Source of the DNA: Bacteroidales bacterium
Lineage (GTDB): Bacteria > Bacteroidota > Bacteroidia > Bacteroidales > UBA932
Length of the DNA stretch: 64,000 bases
Direction: 5' to 3'
NCBI GenBank assembly: GCA_024398295.1
Contig: JAKSJL010000001.1
Coordinates: 1,589-65,588 of the forward strand
Part shown: in pieces, positions 57,888 to 64,000 of the stretch
How the letters are laid out: the number at the start of each line of letters is the position of its first letter
Numbering within the stretch: the stretch's first letter is position 1
Translations under genes and position numbers: made by a program
Notes under the pieces: model-generated
Database searches by the model: none
Seen by the model: the letters and a program-made list of their open reading frames with translations, nothing else
What the model was told of the DNA's origin: nothing

Positions 57888-58777
57888 TCTACAGGGAACT
57901 GGTTTACAGACCTCAGGATTTTCTCCTCGTAGGTCTTGGATATAGAAATAGGTGGGATGGATTCGTTTTCAAGTTCGAGAACGAATCCATCCTTCTCTTT
58001 ACGAAGGACCTTGATCTTCTCTGTGTTCACGATGTACTTTCTGTGGCATCGTACGAGAGAACTGCCTGAGAAGCTCTCCTCTATGGTTTTCAGACGACAG
58101 CGGAGCATATATTTCTTCAGCATGTCCTGACCATCTGTGTACCACACGATGATGTAGTTGTCGTCAGACTCGATATAGTAAAGACTCGATGATCTGATAG
58201 AGAGCTTCATCGCACCGCTGCTGTCGAAGAGGGTAATCTTCTTCTCGTCCTTAGGAGCTACGATCTCGTCGGAAACGACTGTGCTGTAGTTCATAAGGCG
58301 TATGGTGTTATTCTTGTCCATGAGCGCGAAGTACATTCCCGCCAGCGTGTATGGGACGCCAATGATGATCACGCACTGCTCTATGGCCCTGATGAACATG
58401 CTGATAGGTGACTCTCCGAAGGAGTCGATCACCCCAAGCTTTTCTCCCTCCATGGTGAAGAAGGTGTATAGGGTGCTTATGATTATGATTTCCAGTAAGT
58501 TCCAGATGATGTACTCTGTGTAGGTGAGAGCCCTTCTGGTGCCGGTCAGATGCATGGTCCTCTTGCTGATGCTGACCAGTATGAGCACTATGAGGAAGAA
58601 GATGGCGGTGAAGCCTAGTCCTCTGGTCGCACCGATGGCGAACCAGGCGAAATCCTGATGGAATGGGGCGCTGAGCACGGTGAAGAGCACAGCGAACAGC
58701 GCGGTGAAAATCACCGTGGCTGTGAGCTGATAGTCTCCCACAAGATAGGCTGGAAGCCTCTTACCCCAGTCTATCAT
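57884..58777 (-). CDS. Membrane-bound LytTR family regulator
   Basis: Four TM segments then YIESDDNY, LKTIEE, RCHRKYIVN, IPPISISKTY. Confidence 0.88.
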   Translation of the reverse strand: MIDWGKRLPAYLVGDYQLTATVIFTALFAVLFTVLSAPFHQDFAWFAIGATRGLGFTAIFFLIVLILVSISKRTMHLTGTRRALTYTEYIIWNLLEIIIISTLYTFFTMEGEKLGVIDSFGESPISMFIRAIEQCVIIIGVPYTLAGMYFALMDKNNTIRLMNYSTVVSDEIVAPKDEKKITLFDSSGAMKLSIRSSSLYYIESDDNYIIVWYTDGQDMLKKYMLRCRLKTIEESFSGSSLVRCHRKYIVNTEKIKVLRKEKDGFVLELENESIPPISISKTYEEKILRSVNQFPVD

Positions 58778-58778
58778 G

Positions 58779-59201
58779 CTACTTGCGATGCTTTCTGGAT
58801 GAGCGCAGACGGTTCACGCTTTCCGCAACCATGATGTCAGACATGATGCCACGGATGGCAAGGATGTCGAGGATGACTGCCACCAGAGGGAAGATGGCTG
58901 TGAAGCGGAATACATAGGTGGTGCCCATAAGGGCAATGTAGTCGACCACGAGCCAGATCTGAAGGGCGAGCGTGACGATGGCTGCCATGGCCATGGTCCT
59001 CATCTGGAACACCCTCTGCTTGTACGCCATGAGGGCGAGTACATTGAAGATGGTGATGATGATGAGAAGGATGAGGTAAGGGATGTATGAGATATAGCTT
59101 ATCTGCTCCCCGGTGGCTGCCACTGCCTTAGGTCCAAAGAAGAGGGCTGTGATGAGCGCGGTCTCGATGCCAATGTATAATGTCTGTATTCTCTGCCACA
59201 T
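58779..59201 (-). CDS. DUF4293 family membrane protein
   Basis: Start ATG 59201 MWQRIQTLY; YKQRVFQ; AIRGI..D..V....RLR. Confidence 0.82.
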   Translation of the reverse strand: MWQRIQTLYIGIETALITALFFGPKAVAATGEQISYISYIPYLILLIIITIFNVLALMAYKQRVFQMRTMAMAAIVTLALQIWLVVDYIALMGTTYVFRFTAIFPLVAVILDILAIRGIMSDIMVAESVNRLRSSRKHRK

Positions 59202-59290
59202 AATGTTCAAAATTATCAGTTTATTACGCAAAAGTAGGAAATTTCGAAGGATAATCCTAACTTTGGGTAAAACTGTAAAACTAATAACAC

Positions 59291-60163
59291 ATGAGAATAC
59301 CAGAATCAGAACTTATAATCAATGACGATGGATCTGCATTCCACATCCATCTTCGTCCCGAGGAACTGGCTGATAATGTTATACTTGTAGGCGATCCTGG
59401 CCGTGTGGCCATGGTGAGCAAGTTCTTCACAAGCATAGAGTGCCATCATGAGGCGCGTGAGTTTGTGTCCACGACGGGCATCTATAACGGAAAGAGGGTG
59501 ACTGCGCTTTCTACCGGTATCGGAACAGATAATATCGATATTGTCATGACAGAGCTCGACGCTCTGGCAAACGTGGATTTTGAGACCAGGGAAGTGAAGC
59601 CAGAGCACCGCACTCTTACCGTGCTCCGTATCGGAACCTCCGGAGCTATCCATGCAGACATTCCGCTCGGGTCATTTGTGTTCTCGCACTATTCTGTCGG
59701 AGTGGACGGACTGATCAATTGGTATGAGGACAGGGACAGCTACTCGAATCTCGCCATGGAAGAGGCTTTCAAGGAGCATGTGCATTGGGACAAGCATCTT
59801 CCAGACCCATATTTCATCAAGGCCAGCGACAGGCTCATCGAGAAGTTCAAGGATGTCACGGTGAAGGGTGTCACCATCTCAGCTCCAGGCTTTTATGGCC
59901 CTCAGGGCAGGGTAGTGCGCATCCCTCTTGCCATGCCGAACATGCTTGAGGACTTCGAGAGCTACAGCTTCGGGGAGTATCGCATCACAAACTTCGAGAT
60001 GGAGGGTTCTGCGCTCGCTGGACTCGCTGCGCATCTGGGACATGATGCGGGTACTGTCTGCTGTATCATCGCGAACAGATATCTGAAGAGCTCAAATACA
60101 AATTACAAGCCCCTCGTGGAGGAGCTTGTAAAACTGTCTTTGGATAAACTTACTGAAGATTAG
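59291..60163 (+). CDS. Nucleoside phosphorylase (uridine phosphorylase-like)
   Basis: SELIIN.DG..FH, VGDPGRV, REF, STGIG.DN, RIGTSG, GFYGPQGR, NFEME. Confidence 0.9.
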   Translation: MRIPESELIINDDGSAFHIHLRPEELADNVILVGDPGRVAMVSKFFTSIECHHEAREFVSTTGIYNGKRVTALSTGIGTDNIDIVMTELDALANVDFETREVKPEHRTLTVLRIGTSGAIHADIPLGSFVFSHYSVGVDGLINWYEDRDSYSNLAMEEAFKEHVHWDKHLPDPYFIKASDRLIEKFKDVTVKGVTISAPGFYGPQGRVVRIPLAMPNMLEDFESYSFGEYRITNFEMEGSALAGLAAHLGHDAGTVCCIIANRYLKSSNTNYKPLVEELVKLSLDKLTED

Positions 60164-61114
60164 TTACTTCTGGCTGGCGTACAGCTTTTTCTGTGAGCCT
60201 GCTCCCCATGATGGAGCGGGCTCATTGTCATTTATGACAGCGTCCACATTGGCTTTCTTGCCCTTCATGACATTTGTGTAGATGAATGCCATCTCTTCAT
60301 CGTATGCCTTCTCCATGTACATGGATACCTCGTGGCCGTGGCCCTTGTATCTGTAGATCCTGTGGTTGTAGTTCATCTTTCTGAAGGTCTTCTCCACGAT
60401 GTTCGATCCAGCGAACCTGATGTTGAAGAACCAGATCTGGTTGTAGGTGACGATCCTGTCATCCATGCCGTGAAACATGAAGGTAGGAGCTGGCTCCTGC
60501 TTGTACTTCACCTTGCCTTCCTTCGAGTAGACTGCGCCGGAGAATGACATCACGCCGGCGTACTTGAATCCCTCTGGGAGCACGGCGGCGGCAGGGTGTG
60601 AGTTTGCCCTCTCCCATTCTGCCTGCATGATGGTGATGGCACCTGCGGATGATCCACTTGTGACAATGTTTGCGGGATCCACTCCGAACTCAGCTGCGTT
60701 CTCGCAGATGAAAGCGGTAGCGCTGAAAAGGTCTTCGACGGCCATCTGCACAGCCTTCTCGAGGAGGTCTCGCTGAGCTACGCCCATCTTGGTGACGCCC
60801 TTGAGGCCGAGTCGGTAGTCGATGGAGAAAACCTTGAAGCCGTCATTTGTCAGGTGTGTGAACCATCTGTCGAAAGACTTGTCGTTGCGTGAACCTGTGA
60901 AGAAGCCGCCTCCGAATACGAAGATGATGGCTGGTTTCTGCTTTCCGTCTATCGTGGTCTTGCTGCCTGGGGCGGCATCATAATAGTCAAGCATGAGAGT
61001 GGATGAGTCCTTTTCGGCGAAGATGTATGTGCCGGTAGGCTCAATGGCGTGCGATCTCAGCTCCGAAACAAGCATTCCGGCGAGAATTGCGAGAAAAATG
61101 AATGTTTTTTTCAT
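60164..61114 (-). CDS. Exported alpha/beta hydrolase (carboxylesterase-like)
   Basis: Signal peptide; FGGGF oxyanion loop, DYRL, GSSAG nucleophile, HG.DD..V, GHGH. Confidence 0.88.
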   Translation of the reverse strand: MKKTFIFLAILAGMLVSELRSHAIEPTGTYIFAEKDSSTLMLDYYDAAPGSKTTIDGKQKPAIIFVFGGGFFTGSRNDKSFDRWFTHLTNDGFKVFSIDYRLGLKGVTKMGVAQRDLLEKAVQMAVEDLFSATAFICENAAEFGVDPANIVTSGSSAGAITIMQAEWERANSHPAAAVLPEGFKYAGVMSFSGAVYSKEGKVKYKQEPAPTFMFHGMDDRIVTYNQIWFFNIRFAGSNIVEKTFRKMNYNHRIYRYKGHGHEVSMYMEKAYDEEMAFIYTNVMKGKKANVDAVINDNEPAPSWGAGSQKKLYASQK

Positions 61115-61134
61115 AATTTATGTAAAATTTCTTG

Positions 61135-61174
61135 AGCTTGTGCCGTAGTTTGGCACAAGCTTGACTTAACTTTG
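61135..61174 (+). promoter_or_regulatory. Second copy of the AGCTTGTGCC/GGCACAAGCT palindrome followed by -7 element
   Basis: AGCTTGTGCC-GTAGTTT-GGCACAAGCT (61135-61161), TAACTTTG at 61167-61174. Confidence 0.65.
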
Positions 61175-61199
61175 CACCTGTAAACAAAAACAATGCTTT

Positions 61200-61328
61200 A
61201 TGAAGAACACAGAATTCACCACTATCTCGACTGTATTTTCATCAGTTTTCTCTGAGGATTCCATCGATGCATTCGCTGAGATGGTAGATGATCTCGGACT
61301 TGAACTTATCTCCCTCAGACAAGCTTAG
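61200..61328 (+). CDS. Small acidic hypothetical protein, 42 aa
   Basis: Not in ORF track: MKNTEFTTISTVFSSVFSEDSIDAFAEMVDDLGLELISLRQA; own -7 element, A-rich leader, host-like codons by eye. Confidence 0.5.
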   Translation: MKNTEFTTISTVFSSVFSEDSIDAFAEMVDDLGLELISLRQA

Positions 61329-63645
61329 TCACCTGGGTTCCTTCCTTGTCGCGCATGAGGTTCACCCTTATCACGGTGTCCTTCTTCACGTGACCAAGCA
61401 TCCTGTCTGAGATGATGAACTCGGACACAGGGTCCTCGATGTATCTGGTGATCGCCCTTCTGAGCGGGCGGGCTCCATATACGGAGTCGAAGCCTGCGTC
61501 GGCGACAAACTTGCGCACGCCAGGCGTGATCCTGAGGTGGTAGCCTGCCTCTGCGGCTCTCTTCACGAGGCTCTTTATCTCGATGTCTATGATCTTTTCT
61601 ATGGCGTCCTTGGTGAGAGGGGAGAAGTAGACCTTCTCATCCACTCTGTTTATGAACTCAGGCGCAAATGCTTTCTTTATAGCCTTTTCCAGTACGGATT
61701 TCCTGTCGGCCTCCACATCTTTCCTTGCCCTGGCGAATCCCATGCCGTTTCCGTACTCCTCCAGCTCCCTTGAACCCACGTTCGAGGTCATGATGACTAT
61801 GGTGTTCTTGAAGTTCACCGTGTGTCCCTGGCTGTCTGTCAGGCGGCCTTCGTCAAGTACCTGAAGCAGGAGGTTGAATATGTCTGGATGTGCCTTTTCT
61901 ATCTCGTCGAGCAGGACCACGCTGTATGGTTTCTGCCTTACCTTCTCGCTGAGCTGACCGCCCTCGTCGTGGCCTACATATCCTGGAGGCGCACCTATGA
62001 GTCTGGACGATGAGAACTTCTCCGTATACTCGGACATGTCCACGCGTATTATGTTTTCCTCAGAGTCGAATAGATACTCCGCGATCCTCTTTGCGAGCAG
62101 GGTCTTTCCCACGCCGGTAGGGCCGAAGAAAAGGAAAGTGCCGATAGGCCTGTTCGGATCCTTGAGGCCGGCCCTGTTCCTTCTGATAGCTCTCGCAATG
62201 GTCTCGATGGCTTCGTCCTGACCAACGATGCGCTCCTTGAGCTTGTCGCTCATCTTCAGGAGCTTACATCCTTCGTTCTCGGCTACTTTGTTTACCGGTA
62301 TGCCTGTCATACGTGAGATCACGAATGCTATGTCTTCTGCATTGACCACGGAGCCTTTCCTCGCCCCGCTGGCCTTCCTGAGCCTTACCATTGACCCGGC
62401 TTCGTCCATCGCGTCGATGGCCTTGTCCGGGAGCGCCTTGTCGCTGATGTATCTGTCAGTCAGCTTTGCGCACGCCTCTACCGCCTCGTCGGGGTATGCC
62501 ACCTGGTGGTACTCCTCGTAGCGCGACTGCAGCTTCTTGAGGATGGCGATGCTCTGCTCGACATCATTGGCCTCCACAATGACCTTGTGGAATCGCCTGT
62601 CGAGCGCCCCATCCTTCTCAATGATCTTCCTGAACTCGTCAAGCGTGGTCGCTCCGATGCACTGGATCTCGCCGCGCGCAAGCGCAGGCTTAAGCAGTCC
62701 AGCCGCATCCAGTGCTCCCTGGGAGCCTCCCGCTCCGACCAGGGTGTGGAACTCGTCGATGAAAAGCAGCGTGTCCTGATTTTCCTTCAGATATGCTATG
62801 AGGTCCTTGATCCTCTTCTCGAAGTCGCCCCTGTAGCGGGTGCCGGCGACGATGGAAGCTATGTCAAGGGATATGATTCTCTTCTGCCCAAGGCTTGGCG
62901 GGATGTCGCCGGTGGCGATCTTCATGGCGATTCCCTCCACGATGGCTGACTTTCCTACGCCAGCCTCGCCGATGAGCATAGGGTTATTCTTCCTGCGCCT
63001 TCCCAGTATCTCGATGACGCGTCCGATCTCGTCCTCCCTGCCTACGACAGGGTCGAGCTGGCCGTCTGCAGCGGCCTTCGTGAGGTCCACTCCATACTCT
63101 TCGATCTGGAACTGGCTTGGCTGAGGTGCTGATGCCTCAAGTGGTTCATCCTTAGGAACTTCCTGCTCGCTGTTATTCTGCGATGCCTCGGTGTGTGGGA
63201 TGCCGTCCATGCACTTGCTTTCGGCTACAGCCGAGAGGACGGCGTGAATGTCGATGCCGAACTTCTTCAGGTAGGTGGATGTGCCGTTCTCGCTGCGGCA
63301 GATGGCCAGCAGGAGGTGTATGCTTCTTGTCTCCGCATGCTTGTACCTTGTGGCCTCAAGGATGCTGAGGTTGATGATATTCTGTGAACCTCTGGTGAGA
63401 ACCACCTGATCTACCTGGGTGTATGGGATGATGCCGTCTCTGGTGACCTGCGCATCAATCCACTCCTTGAGGCTTTCTGGGTCGACACCAAGGCTCATCA
63501 TGAGCTTGAACGCGTCGTTCTCTCCATGTCGTATGATACCTAGGGTGAGGTGGTCGATTCGGATGCCGTAATTTCCGGTCCTCATCGCTTCTTCCCTGGC
63601 ATATTTGACGATATCGTTAAGCTCGTCTGAGATTCTCATTTCCAT
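61315..63645 (-). CDS. clpC: ATP-dependent Clp protease ATP-binding subunit (ClpC-like, no middle domain)
   Basis: Clp N repeats, GEAGVGKS, IDEFH, PDKAID, GPTGVGKT, GAPPGYVG, GMGF ClpP loop, YGARPL; divergent from gyrA. Confidence 0.85.
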   Translation of the reverse strand: MEMRISDELNDIVKYAREEAMRTGNYGIRIDHLTLGIIRHGENDAFKLMMSLGVDPESLKEWIDAQVTRDGIIPYTQVDQVVLTRGSQNIINLSILEATRYKHAETRSIHLLLAICRSENGTSTYLKKFGIDIHAVLSAVAESKCMDGIPHTEASQNNSEQEVPKDEPLEASAPQPSQFQIEEYGVDLTKAAADGQLDPVVGREDEIGRVIEILGRRRKNNPMLIGEAGVGKSAIVEGIAMKIATGDIPPSLGQKRIISLDIASIVAGTRYRGDFEKRIKDLIAYLKENQDTLLFIDEFHTLVGAGGSQGALDAAGLLKPALARGEIQCIGATTLDEFRKIIEKDGALDRRFHKVIVEANDVEQSIAILKKLQSRYEEYHQVAYPDEAVEACAKLTDRYISDKALPDKAIDAMDEAGSMVRLRKASGARKGSVVNAEDIAFVISRMTGIPVNKVAENEGCKLLKMSDKLKERIVGQDEAIETIARAIRRNRAGLKDPNRPIGTFLFFGPTGVGKTLLAKRIAEYLFDSEENIIRVDMSEYTEKFSSSRLIGAPPGYVGHDEGGQLSEKVRQKPYSVVLLDEIEKAHPDIFNLLLQVLDEGRLTDSQGHTVNFKNTIVIMTSNVGSRELEEYGNGMGFARARKDVEADRKSVLEKAIKKAFAPEFINRVDEKVYFSPLTKDAIEKIIDIEIKSLVKRAAEAGYHLRITPGVRKFVADAGFDSVYGARPLRRAITRYIEDPVSEFIISDRMLGHVKKDTVIRVNLMRDKEGTQVTKLV

Positions 63646-63741
63646 ATCCGCTCATCTTTCGAAGTTCACAAAGATAATACTTTTTTTCTTTTGTTTTAGT
63701 CGTGGAAATTTCGTACATTTGCGTGTTTATATACGTAAAAT

Positions 63742-64000
63742 ATGGAGGAAATTAAAGAAGGTCAGATTCACGGTATCATTGAGCCGGTGGAGATAGATCA
63801 CGAGATGAGGTCTGCGTACATCGATTATTCGATGTCAGTCATCGTCTCCAGAGCCCTCCCTGATGCAAGGGATGGACTCAAGCCTGTGCAGAGAAGGGTT
63901 CTTTTCGGTATGGATGGACTGGGACTTGGATACTCAGGCCAGACCAGAAAGTGTGCGAAGATCGTCGGTGAGGTACTTGGTAAGTATCATCCTCATGGTG
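63742..64000 (+). CDS. gyrA: DNA gyrase subunit A, 5' part (truncated by window edge)
   Basis: Not in ORF track: [44 protein letters not shown]; TACATTTG at 63714-63721. Confidence 0.93.
   Translation, partial: MEEIKEGQIHGIIEPVEIDHEMRSAYIDYSMSVIVSRALPDARDGLKPVQRRVLFGMDGLGLGYSGQTRKCAKIVGEVLGKYHPHG

Noticed and set aside
175-63796. Numerous 60-300 aa ORFs in the track overlapping the called genes (e.g. 6182-7078, 8460-9257, 21276-22172, 31565-32317)
   Set aside because: Antisense or off-frame shadows of well-supported genes with no recognisable motifs
1-64000. CRISPR array, tRNA/rRNA, transposase, integrase or prophage genes
   Set aside because: None seen; intergenic gaps are short and explained by promoters, terminators or small ORFs

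Overview
Gene-dense chromosomal segment of a Bacteroidales (Bacteroidota) bacterium. The assignment rests on TAnnTTTG -7 promoter elements before most transcription units, A-rich leaders without Shine-Dalgarno sequences, and Bacteroidota-type DUF4290/DUF4293/DUF3822/bS22 genes. Most of the window is housekeeping: rng, HU, lon, ung, coaD, alr, addB/addA-like, ftsK, lolA-like, ackA-pta, comEC, apbE, rsmD, nrnA, FKBPs, MATE, mazG, prfA, clpC-like and partial gyrA. I found no rRNA, tRNA, CRISPR array or transposase. Highlights: (1) a complete mannitol-type PTS (HPr, Enzyme I, EIICBA, MtlD), unusual for this phylum, embedded in a locus with GlpT, a glycerophosphodiesterase, two exported histidine phosphatases and nagB; (2) an orphan RiPP-like cassette (HprK-like kinase, S24/S26 peptidase, PqqD/RRE, ABC exporter) with no visible precursor or cyclase; (3) a palindrome AGCTTGTGCC-N7/8-GGCACAAGCT found twice, each time 5 nt upstream of a -7 element (before addBA and before an unannotated 42-codon ORF); (4) three small ORFs missing from the ORF track (bS22, a 47-aa lipoprotein after pta, the 42-aa acidic ORF); (5) a phosphomannose isomerase homologue missing metal ligands and a ClpC-position ATPase lacking its middle domain. 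All family calls come from reading motifs by eye, not from database searches.
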